Part shown: in pieces, positions 27,893-35,261 of the stretch
How the letters are laid out: every line of letters begins with the position of its first letter
Numbering within the stretch: position 1 is the first letter of the stretch
Origin: Pseudobdellovibrionaceae bacterium
Lineage (GTDB): Bacteria > Bdellovibrionota > Bdellovibrionia > Bdellovibrionales > UBA1609
Reading direction: 5' to 3'
Assembly: GCA_947444305.1 (NCBI GenBank)
Contig: CANEZP010000008.1
Coordinates: forward strand, 86,682 to 150,681
Length of the DNA stretch: 64,000 nt
Translations under genes and position numbers: made by a program
Notes under the pieces: generated by a model
What the model was told of the DNA's origin: nothing
The model's input: the letters and a program-made list of their open reading frames with translations, nothing else
The model's database searches: none

Positions 27893-28603
27893 TTAGCCGC
27901 CTACTTCCTGTTCTCCATCAGTCGAAACGCCCTGGAACTTCATTTGAATTTTTGCGAGCTCTCTTTCTGCTTCGGCCCGCTTCTCAATTTCTGCTTTAAG
28001 AGCTTCCTCTTCACGCTTCATCGCCGCTCTCTCGGCCGAAACACTCCCGTGACTGCATTTCGCAATTAGGCTGATCTGGCGATATGAAATGCCACTTTTT
28101 AATAGTTTCCTAATTAAATCTGAATCGCGCATTTTCTTTCGACCAATCAGCCTCCCCTTCGCCCGAGCATTTGCGAGGCCGATCTTTACCCGGTCTGCGA
28201 TTAAATCCCGTTCGAGCTGAGCAATGCTTGCAAGAATACTGAAGATCGCAACACCTATGGCGGAGTTCGTATCGATTCTTTCTGATATTGAAATGAACTG
28301 AACTCCTTTTGACTTAAACTTCGACAATGCGCTCAGTAAATGGGTGGTGCTTCTTGCAAACCGACTGAAGCTATAGACGACGATGGTAGAGATCTCTCCG
28401 GCTTCAACCGCCGCCATCATCCGATCCAGAGCCGGACGACTGGACTTAGTTCCACTAATGCCGCCGTCCGAATAAAATTCGACATTGGTCATATGATTCT
28501 GCTCACACCAAGTTCTCAATACTCTGACTTGTGATTCTAAGCCGGTCTCTTGATCGGCTGTACTGGTTCTTGAATAGCAAGCGATCCGCTTGTCATCTGA
28601 CAT
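27893..28603 (-). CDS. Serine recombinase (resolvase/invertase family)
   Basis: 236 aa. IACYSRTSTADQ (catalytic Ser), resolvase core VYSFSRFARS, C-terminal HTH (ISYRQISLIAKCSHGSV) and a charged coiled tail. Confidence 0.9.
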   Translation of the reverse strand: MSDDKRIACYSRTSTADQETGLESQVRVLRTWCEQNHMTNVEFYSDGGISGTKSSRPALDRMMAAVEAGEISTIVVYSFSRFARSTTHLLSALSKFKSKGVQFISISERIDTNSAIGVAIFSILASIAQLERDLIADRVKIGLANARAKGRLIGRKKMRDSDLIRKLLKSGISYRQISLIAKCSHGSVSAERAAMKREEEALKAEIEKRAEAERELAKIQMKFQGVSTDGEQEVGG

Positions 28604-28692
28604 TCGTTCTCCGTTTTGTTGTTGCTAGTGGGTAATGTATTTTGAAAAAAGAAAAAACGTTGGCTTGGGTTTGGCTAAACCATTTCAGCTGT

Positions 28693-28716
28693 CCCGCACT
28701 TTTTCGAAAGTGCGGG
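28693..28716. repeat. Perfect 10-bp-stem palindrome upstream of the serine recombinase gene
   Basis: cccgcacttt-ttcg-aaagtgcggg, 90 nt upstream of the recombinase start. Function unknown (candidate recombination or regulatory site). Confidence 0.5.
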
Positions 28717-28845
28717 ATTCTGTGGGATTTGACCTGTCACTTAGCTGCATAAGCAGGCACTTCTTGTCCGACTGAGTCGCGAGCAACTAATTGAAATTAT
28801 TAAAACTTGAGTAAATTCAAAAACTTCAAACTGGATAAAGTGGCC

Positions 28846-28866
28846 CCTGCCACCCCATCCAATTTC
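28846..28866 (+). repeat. att-type direct repeat of the tRNA-Gln 3' end (right end of island B)
   Basis: cctgccaccccatccaatttc, 21/21 identical to 14220-14240. Confidence 0.7.
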
Positions 28867-29020
28867 ATTTCCTTTAGTCGTTTACACTTCCCTACAATTC
28901 TTAGATGGTCCGCATGTTGACCACGCATTCGCGTGGATGGCGTGACAAGCGTTCGAGCCGACCGCATCCACGGACGGACAATCTCCGCTGGGAACATGAG
29001 GACTTGCGATTACCCGTCAG

Positions 29021-29033
29021 CCCCATCCAATTT
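29021..29033 (+). repeat. Partial att core copy
   Basis: ccccatccaattt, identical to 14227-14239 of the tRNA end. Only 13 nt. Confidence 0.45.
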
Positions 29034-29127
29034 TATGGATTATGTAAGGAATTTTTAAAATTGAAAGTCGAAAGGAGAATGTAGCGGTACGAGTATAACC
29101 TAAACAAGTGTTTTACCCGGTCCCAAA

Positions 29128-29877
29128 CTACATTGAGGTGCCTTTATTGTGGACCAAGATCCCTTCCACGATAAAGTTGTTCGGTGGTAATTCCAGGCCG
29201 ATGTGAAAGACAGTCCCAGTTCCGGCGCTTAAATCGAACGCTCCTCTAAAAACTAACGATGCCTCACATCCATCAACTTTAATAAGGCGATCCGTGGGAG
29301 CCATGTCACCGATGGCTACATAGTTTTTAGCATCAGCTGAATAGAATGGATGATCAGATGTAGTTTCGATGGCTTTACCCGTCGGAGACAAATTGCACAG
29401 ACGGCCAAATATTCTATTTTGAATGATCTGGATGGACTTCACTCGATTTATAATCTGGCGCTTACGATCAATATCCCAGGAAATAATCTCGTCCCCATTG
29501 CCGATGCTCGCGATCGCCACGTAGCCCTTGGGAGTCAGAACCCGCATTGCAGACGTAAAGCAACCGTACTTCGAAACCCCTCGGAGTCTTGTTTCCTCGG
29601 ACGCTAATCGCCGAATTTCATCGTGTCCAAATTTGGTCCCGGCTGATTTCTCCATCGATAGTGTTTCAATTGCAAATTGGCGGCGATCAGGCAGTACTAA
29701 TCCGTTGATTTCAATGTCCTCAACTATAGATGCAATTTTCTCTATTCTAGAAGAGTCCCTGGTGCTCACAGGAGGGTTTGCTGCACCAACCTTAGATGCT
29801 GTTCCTAAGAACAATAGTGACACGAAGATCAAAATAAGAATTTGCAGATACGATTTCATTATGGCCCGACGATGCAA
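29128..29877 (-). CDS. Secreted protein with C-terminal Hint (Hedgehog/intein-like, BIL-type) autoprocessing domain
   Basis: 249 aa. Signal peptide, about 75-aa N-terminal segment, then G-C-F (C106) opening a Hint domain: CFTSAMRVLTPKGYVAIASIGNGDEIISWD, TTSDHPFYS (TxxH block), ...GILVHN near the C-terminus. Confidence 0.75.
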   Translation of the reverse strand: MHRRAIMKSYLQILILIFVSLLFLGTASKVGAANPPVSTRDSSRIEKIASIVEDIEINGLVLPDRRQFAIETLSMEKSAGTKFGHDEIRRLASEETRLRGVSKYGCFTSAMRVLTPKGYVAIASIGNGDEIISWDIDRKRQIINRVKSIQIIQNRIFGRLCNLSPTGKAIETTSDHPFYSADAKNYVAIGDMAPTDRLIKVDGCEASLVFRGAFDLSAGTGTVFHIGLELPPNNFIVEGILVHNKGTSM

Positions 29878-30040
29878 TAATCATGGGGCGCTGTAAATTG
29901 CGGTGTTGAAGCATGCAATTTCAGTTGCGTACAATCGATCAACGACGATGAAGATTTTTCCTGAACAAAATCAGATAATGTAGGTCCCGCTTATTCGGAA
30001 ATGCCGCGGACCTAGATCAATTGCTTAGTACGTGCCCCAC

Positions 30041-30056
30041 CACCCCATCCAATTTC
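30041..30056 (+). repeat. att-type repeat remnant
   Basis: caccccatccaatttc, 16/16 identical to 14225-14240. Confidence 0.55.
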
Positions 30057-30231
30057 GCCCTTCCGCCCGAAATTGGACGAAAATAGAAAATCGAAAGTAG
30101 TAAGACGGGATCGAAGGCGGAACCGTCGTCGCAGGAAATTCCTCTATTTTCTATTGTCGTTTTCGGCGGCAGGACTCGGAGTGAGAACGCGGCCGCGAGG
30201 ACCTGCGTCTACACGAAGCCCCATCCATTGT

Positions 30232-30765
30232 TTAAAGATTTTCGATCGCCGCCTCGAGGGCGCTCGTTTGATCTTTGTATCGACCGCTGGCGACCAATTC
30301 CTCAAGCTTTTCTATTAGAGTTCGGGTGAGCTTAAAAGCCTTTAGATGCTTCTTCTCGTTAAGCGGCTTGGTTCGCTTGTCTTTGAGCTGCGTGTACGCC
30401 CACACTTTCAGCTTTTCAAATGCCACCCCTTCAAACTCAGGACCGGCGTGTTCGCCGGCGCGTAGAGCTTTAATGACGACACGTAGATTTTCTGGCATCT
30501 GCTCAAAGTCGCGAAAACTCTTTTGATAATGAAGTACGGCGGTCGGAAGCACTTCGATAATTCGAGGCTCAACATTCAGGCCGGCCCAAATAGCATCTTT
30601 AATCTCAAGCTTCATACCCGTTTTTCCAGCAATGGGTAGATTTGTATTAAGAAGGCCTTTGCCTTTTAGAAAGGCCATTGTTTTTTTAAAGCGTGGATCT
30701 TTTCGATGCTGAGTATTTTGCTCCGCTTTTGCTTTAATCTTATTTAGAAATTCTGCATTCTTCAT
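30232..30765 (-). CDS. Hypothetical protein with C-terminal ribbon-helix-helix-like segment
   Basis: 177 aa. The C-terminal KAFKLTRTLIEKLEELVASGRYKDQTSALEAAIENL has a beta-strand/helix/helix RHH-like pattern. The start lies 2 nt after the upstream gene's stop. Confidence 0.45.
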   Translation of the reverse strand: MKNAEFLNKIKAKAEQNTQHRKDPRFKKTMAFLKGKGLLNTNLPIAGKTGMKLEIKDAIWAGLNVEPRIIEVLPTAVLHYQKSFRDFEQMPENLRVVIKALRAGEHAGPEFEGVAFEKLKVWAYTQLKDKRTKPLNEKKHLKAFKLTRTLIEKLEELVASGRYKDQTSALEAAIENL

Positions 30766-30767
30766 AA

Positions 30768-31283
30768 TTATTCCCCAGCGAAGTAATTTAAATCGCCGCC
30801 GTTTTCTTCAATACGGCGCATGAGATCCGGAAACTTCTCGCTCGCAATTGCGTCTACGATCAGAACCTTATTCTTTTCTTTTGCCTTCACTGCTTTGCTA
30901 ACTAATGTAGATTCCGGATCTAGCAACTTCACACGAACGAACCTAGAATCAAAAAGCGTATCAAAAGTACTTCCCGGTGGAATCCAGACGAGCTCACTGT
31001 CGTCATCAAGCCGAAGATCGTACTTAGGAAGAATCTCTTTTTTCAAAACGCTGATCACGAACGCTTGATTCTCTTCAACGACTGCGTCGAGATCGTTCGT
31101 CATGGCAAGAGTAAGGATACTTGCTGCAAACTCGTTTGCGAGTAGCGAAGCTTGTCCCATAATTCGAACTTCGATTGGACGAAGTTTGAGGCTTCCGAGC
31201 TTTTCACGTTCCTCATTTTCGGATCTAATCCGCTCGTTTAATTCCTCAAATATGTTTCGAAGCGTCTCCCTCATCACATCCAT
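30768..31283 (-). CDS. Nucleotidyltransferase-fold-like protein (DUF6036/AbiEii-like pattern, tentative)
   Basis: 171 aa. N-terminal helix, then IEVRIMGQASLL...TNDLDAVV (G-x-[AS]...DxD-like), and later VRVKLLDPESTLVSKAVKAKEKNKVLI. Assignment by eye only. Confidence 0.45.
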   Translation of the reverse strand: MDVMRETLRNIFEELNERIRSENEEREKLGSLKLRPIEVRIMGQASLLANEFAASILTLAMTNDLDAVVEENQAFVISVLKKEILPKYDLRLDDDSELVWIPPGSTFDTLFDSRFVRVKLLDPESTLVSKAVKAKEKNKVLIVDAIASEKFPDLMRRIEENGGDLNYFAGE

Positions 31284-31290
31284 AATATAA

Positions 31291-31300
31291 CGTATATACG
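31291..31300. promoter_or_regulatory. Perfect 10-bp palindrome just upstream of the NTase-like gene (candidate operator)
   Basis: cgtatatacg lies 8 nt upstream of the ATG (31283). Two AGATCT palindromes occur at 31314-31319 and 31346-31351. Confidence 0.3.
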
Positions 31301-31512
31301 GTATTTTATCAATAGATCTTGAATACTTATGTTACTTTACAATGAGATCTTTAAAGCTAATAAATTCCAGAGCTTACGAGGAGGTGTACGTTAGGACTGA
31401 ATCCAACCGGGCCTATTCTGATGCACACCTATACCTTTCGGCACTCCAGCTAAGGAGCAACTATCTACGACGAAAAGAAGCATAGGAATGTTGACTACGC
31501 ATCTGAGCAAGT

Positions 31513-31905
31513 TCAACTGAACATTTTTGGCAGCGGGCGTCCGCCGAATTCTTTTTTCGAAAGCTTTCGAGGCTCTTTCTTCCAACCGAACTTTTCTAAA
31601 TCTATAAGTCCGTTTTCATCGACTTCAACGCCTTCGGCTTCAAGGCGCGATTTCTGCCTTTTGTAGTCAACCGAACCTTTTTGAAATTTAATGGAACCGT
31701 CGGACCTGATAACTCGGTACGCGGGGATTTCGGACGAATCTTTAAAGCGATTCACCATAATACTAATGGGACTGGATTGTTGCGCCCGTTCGCAAAGCCT
31801 GGCGATTTGGCCATAGGTTGCTACTTTGCCTTCTGGAATAGCGAGGACCCATTTCATAACGGACTCCCGCATCGTTCCGCTTGGAGCCTTAACAGGAATT
31901 TTCAT
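31513..31905 (-). CDS. Alkyltransferase-like (ATL) protein, MGMT DNA-binding domain without catalytic Cys
   Basis: 130 aa. IPEGKVATYGQIARL ... IPAYRVIRSDGSI. The PCHRV active-site motif is replaced by PAYRV. Confidence 0.75.
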   Translation of the reverse strand: MKIPVKAPSGTMRESVMKWVLAIPEGKVATYGQIARLCERAQQSSPISIMVNRFKDSSEIPAYRVIRSDGSIKFQKGSVDYKRQKSRLEAEGVEVDENGLIDLEKFGWKKEPRKLSKKEFGGRPLPKMFS

Positions 31906-32131
31906 TGATAGCTCCCCTCACTTTTAGAATTGACGCCGTATATTTATCGTTCTGCAGCGGTCATCAAGCCGATCTTCTCTTGGATTAACGAAAGAGCCAA
32001 AAGTTAATTCATTGGGATGTCAGCACCGGACGAGCCTAAAGTAACTGAGAAAGTTCACTTTGCTTTCTAATACGGCTCGGTAGAATAGTGATTACTAAAA
32101 CTTTTGATCTTTTAATAACCCCAGGGTCACC

Positions 32132-32818
32132 TTGATCAAGTCAAAATCCGTCAAAATCAAAACAGAATCAGGCTTCGTTTCAGGAATTCTTGAAATTCCG
32201 AACAAGACCACTGCAGGCCTAACGCTCGCGCACGGAGCGGGTGCGGGAATGCACCACGCATTTCTGCGCGACCTTTCGACCGCGTTGGTGGCGCGGGGCT
32301 TCGCGGTTCTGCGCTTTCAGTTTCCCTACATGGAGGCCGGGAAGAAGAGGCCGGATTCTCCCAAGGTTGCGTGCGCCACCGTTGCCGCCGCCGTGGCCGC
32401 GTTACGCAAGCGCGTCCCGGACCTGCCACTCTTCGGGGCGGGCAAATCATTTGGCTCACGCATGACCACGACTGCGGCCAGCGAAGGACTATTAGAGGAT
32501 TTGAGCGGCATCATTTGTTTCGGGTTTCCCCTTCATCCCGCCGGCCAACCCGGGATCAAGCGGGCCGAGCACCTTAAGCAAGTCGCGGTAAAAATGCTTT
32601 TCTTGCAAGGCACACGTGATGATCTCGCCGATCTTAAGCTTATGCGCGGCGTTTGCAAAAAACGACCGCGCGCTAAACTTCATATCGTCGAAGGTGCAGA
32701 CCATGGTTTCGCTGTACTAAAGCGATCGGGCCGAACTCCCGCGGACGTGTTGGAAGAGCTGGCGAACGAAGCGGCTGGTTTTGCCGCTCGTACCGGAACC
32801 CGTAAAACTCGAAAATAA
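32132..32818 (+). CDS. Alpha/beta-fold hydrolase (dienelactone-hydrolase/KANL3-like)
   Basis: 228 aa. Nucleophile elbow GKSFGSRM, later LFLQGTRDD and GADHGF (Asp/His region). Confidence 0.75.
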   Translation: MIKSKSVKIKTESGFVSGILEIPNKTTAGLTLAHGAGAGMHHAFLRDLSTALVARGFAVLRFQFPYMEAGKKRPDSPKVACATVAAAVAALRKRVPDLPLFGAGKSFGSRMTTTAASEGLLEDLSGIICFGFPLHPAGQPGIKRAEHLKQVAVKMLFLQGTRDDLADLKLMRGVCKKRPRAKLHIVEGADHGFAVLKRSGRTPADVLEELANEAAGFAARTGTRKTRK

Positions 32819-32845
32819 TTTTATAATAGAAGAAGTCGTAAGGAG

Positions 32846-33184
32846 TTAGCGGCACTCTAATGGGGAGGTGGCCGCGTACCCGGTCATCGGCTGCGAACAT
32901 CGCGTGAGTCCGTCGCTGAAGCTTAAGATGCCCTTCGGCGTACCGTTACCACCACCGGTCGGCGACCAGTGTTCGAAAGTCACTTTGACGTAAGGAAGAT
33001 TGAATTTATGGCCACTCTCTTGCGCGACCATAATCATCGACGAAATCGTATTATAAATAAAACCACACCACTCGGCTGAATTCTTAACCGCGGCGCACTC
33101 GGCGGTCCATTGCGGTGAGGCTTCGGCTTGGATAGCGAAGAAGATAAGTATGGTAGAGAGAATACGGGCGATTTGTGCTTTCAT
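32846..33184 (-). CDS. Small secreted Cys-containing protein, unknown function
   Basis: 112 aa with a signal peptide (ILIFFAIQAEA). No recognisable motif. Confidence 0.45.
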   Translation of the reverse strand: MKAQIARILSTILIFFAIQAEASPQWTAECAAVKNSAEWCGFIYNTISSMIMVAQESGHKFNLPYVKVTFEHWSPTGGGNGTPKGILSFSDGLTRCSQPMTGYAATSPLECR

Positions 33185-33317
33185 TTGTTCTTTCTCTTAA
33201 AGGGAATTCGATTTCTTGGAGACCGTGGATCGGGTTAGCTTAAGGTTCTCGTTCAGGTCAATCCTCGGTCAGGAACAAGGTGCAAACTGCGAAGAAACGG
33301 GTTAAATTTCCTTACCT

Positions 33318-33653
33318 ATGAAAAATAAAACACTCTTCGCAATCTTTACCTCGCTTATCGGAGCGGCCTGCTCCACTCAGCCCTTTACCCAATCCTTATT
33401 GGCCGATGGAGCCACTTGGGAGGTTAGCGCCAATGAAGTCGATTGCCGTGGCGTGCCCGACTGCAAAGGTAAGATGAAATCCATCGTCGCCGATCGTGGG
33501 CGCTTCGTTTGTGGCCAGAAACCTTTTCGGGTCATGTCCTGCGATCCCAGAATGGCAAGCTACGGTATGGCAAAGGTAAAGTGCATGATCCGATGTGGAG
33601 AAAAACCACTTTCCGATACGCCCGGCCAAAAGCAACTTGAGCAAGAGCTTTAA
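33318..33653 (+). CDS. Small lipoprotein, unknown function
   Basis: 111 aa. Lipobox LIGAAC. Several Cys residues. Confidence 0.5.
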   Translation: MKNKTLFAIFTSLIGAACSTQPFTQSLLADGATWEVSANEVDCRGVPDCKGKMKSIVADRGRFVCGQKPFRVMSCDPRMASYGMAKVKCMIRCGEKPLSDTPGQKQLEQEL

Positions 33654-33737
33654 GCAGTCGGTTGGGCGACGAAGCGCTCTATTCATTAGCTTATCGAAAT
33701 TTTACATCGAGCTTCTCCGTCAAAACGGCTCGCAATC

Positions 33738-35054
33738 TTAATAGCTGCTGCCGGAACCGCCGCCACCCGAGGAACCTCCGCCGAAAGAGCCTCCGCCGCC
33801 GCCACTAGAACCTGAGCTGCCGCTGTAGCCAGAACTTCCACTTGAATCCGAGACGGCGGAGATGGCGGCAATTGCGTATAGTTCTCGCTTCAGCGATTTA
33901 CAGGCCAGACACTGGAAATGCCGTTCACCCCGCCCCTCGCTTGAAGTCGTCGGTTGCTCAAGGACTTTATTACTGATGCGCTTATTTGCCTTCGCATGGC
34001 ATTTTTCACATTCCGAATACTTGTAGGCATTGGGGCCTTCGTAACTATCTTTGCGAACATGTCCCTCGGGGCAAACCCAGACGTCATAGTCTACCGAGCC
34101 GATCTTTTCTTCGACAATTTCTTCTGGATCCTCGAAGGCTTTTTCCTGTTTATTATTCTGCAACACCATCGTTTGCCGGCAGTGCGGGCATTCGCGCGGT
34201 TGCGCGCGCAGACGTTCGGCCCACGCCGTCCGTGTTAAGTTTCCGACGATGAACCAGAGCACGGCCAAGCCGAAGCCGATGCCCAATGCGTTGAGTTCCC
34301 CGGATGAATAGGCAAACCACGCAAATGGCATAAAGAAGCTGGCGATCTGCCAGAAAAACAAAAAGCGGAAATCTTTGTACAACTGCCGGTAACGCCAAAG
34401 CGGATCCGGGTTCTTAAATAGAACAAGCATGCAGAGGAACGAGCAAAGGAGAAGGAAAGCGATGATCCCGGCGATAATGATTAAGGCTCCACGGCCTTCT
34501 CTATCGCCAGGATTAAATAAAGATGCACTCTGTCCGTCGGTTTGGAAATTCCTGGCGCTTGAATCTCCAAGCAAAACATCTTCTATTTTTCGCAAACCTG
34601 AAAGAAACCCCGCCGCAGCCCGACCTTGTTTGAGCGCCGGCACAATTAATTCTTGCTGAATTCGAAACAAGGTCACATCGGGCAGGACACCCTCTAAACC
34701 GTAACCGGTTTCCATTTCGATGCGCCGCTGATCGGTGACGAGGAGTATGAGAAGTCCGTTATCCTTAACTTTGTCGCCGATTTTCCAAAGGTTGAAAAGT
34801 TCGACCGCGAAGTCTTTCGGGATTTTCTTTCCGATACTTTTCAAAGTGACCAGCGCCACCTCGGCTTGCGTACGCTGATGAATTTCAGAAAGGACGGTTT
34901 CGATCTCCGCTTTCTCCTGAGAATTAAAAACGCCGGCGTTGTCGACGGCCCATTGATTCACTTTCCTCGGATTCGGTACGTCTCGCACATTGGCGATTTG
35001 TGCGTGTAAGGAAGTGCCGAGCAAACAGATAAGGGCGAGCATGATGTTGTACAT
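33738..35054 (-). CDS. TPM-domain membrane protein with zinc-ribbon-like insert and Gly/Ser-rich tail
   Basis: 438 aa. TPM pattern VDNAGVFNSQEKAEIETVL...NGLLILLVTDQRRIEMETGYGLEGVLPD. TM segments. CPHC...CPEGH...CEKC...CLAC. Tail SGSSGGGGGSFGGGSSGGGGSGSSY. Confidence 0.8.
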   Translation of the reverse strand: MYNIMLALICLLGTSLHAQIANVRDVPNPRKVNQWAVDNAGVFNSQEKAEIETVLSEIHQRTQAEVALVTLKSIGKKIPKDFAVELFNLWKIGDKVKDNGLLILLVTDQRRIEMETGYGLEGVLPDVTLFRIQQELIVPALKQGRAAAGFLSGLRKIEDVLLGDSSARNFQTDGQSASLFNPGDREGRGALIIIAGIIAFLLLCSFLCMLVLFKNPDPLWRYRQLYKDFRFLFFWQIASFFMPFAWFAYSSGELNALGIGFGLAVLWFIVGNLTRTAWAERLRAQPRECPHCRQTMVLQNNKQEKAFEDPEEIVEEKIGSVDYDVWVCPEGHVRKDSYEGPNAYKYSECEKCHAKANKRISNKVLEQPTTSSEGRGERHFQCLACKSLKRELYAIAAISAVSDSSGSSGYSGSSGSSGGGGGSFGGGSSGGGGSGSSY

Positions 35055-35261
35055 GCTCTTAGTTCAACACTCCTGAACGCTACGTTCAAAGTAAACGCAG
35101 GCCACTGGTCTATTGGCGTGATGGAGGGCCGCGCGACCAAGGCCTTTGAAAATTAGGCGCGTATGCCTAAACTTTTTACGGGCCGGCCAGGCGTTGCTTT
35201 TGGGATCCGCCCTGCTAAAAACCTAGATATTTTAGGCCCCCCCTTTGCAGCACTCCGGTAC

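Larger units (their letters stand above)
25683..28866 (-). mobile_element. Integrative island B (integrase, ABM protein, TetR, serine recombinase)
   Basis: Bounded by att repeats at 25664-25682 and 28846-28866. Shares the motif TTAAAACTyrAGTAAwTTC near its right end with island A (28800-28818 vs 25616-25634). Confidence 0.65.

Noticed and set aside
28951-28970. gttcgagccgaccgcatcca as another decayed copy of the tRNA T-arm/acceptor end
   Set aside because: Only gttcgag and catcca match, and gaps are required. This is too degenerate to distinguish from chance without a statistical alignment.
14220-30227. Repeated ccccatccaattt-containing sequence as a possible CRISPR-like array
   Set aside because: Spacing is wildly irregular (0.17 to 11 kb). 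The repeat is the tRNA-Gln 3' end, and integrase genes abut two copies. These are att sites and not CRISPR repeats. No cas genes are present.
30400-30470. HEPN-type Rx4-6H motif in the 177-aa partner of the NTase-like protein (LRAGEHAG)
   Set aside because: The spacing is R-x3-H, outside the canonical HEPN motif, and no other HEPN features were seen. I did not call it a HEPN/MNT pair.
33738-33871. Repetitive GGx/AGC-rich DNA and a 61-aa overlapping ORF at the 3' end of the TPM gene
   Set aside because: It encodes the Gly/Ser-rich tail typical of YgcG-like TPM proteins. It is not an independent tandem repeat element or gene.
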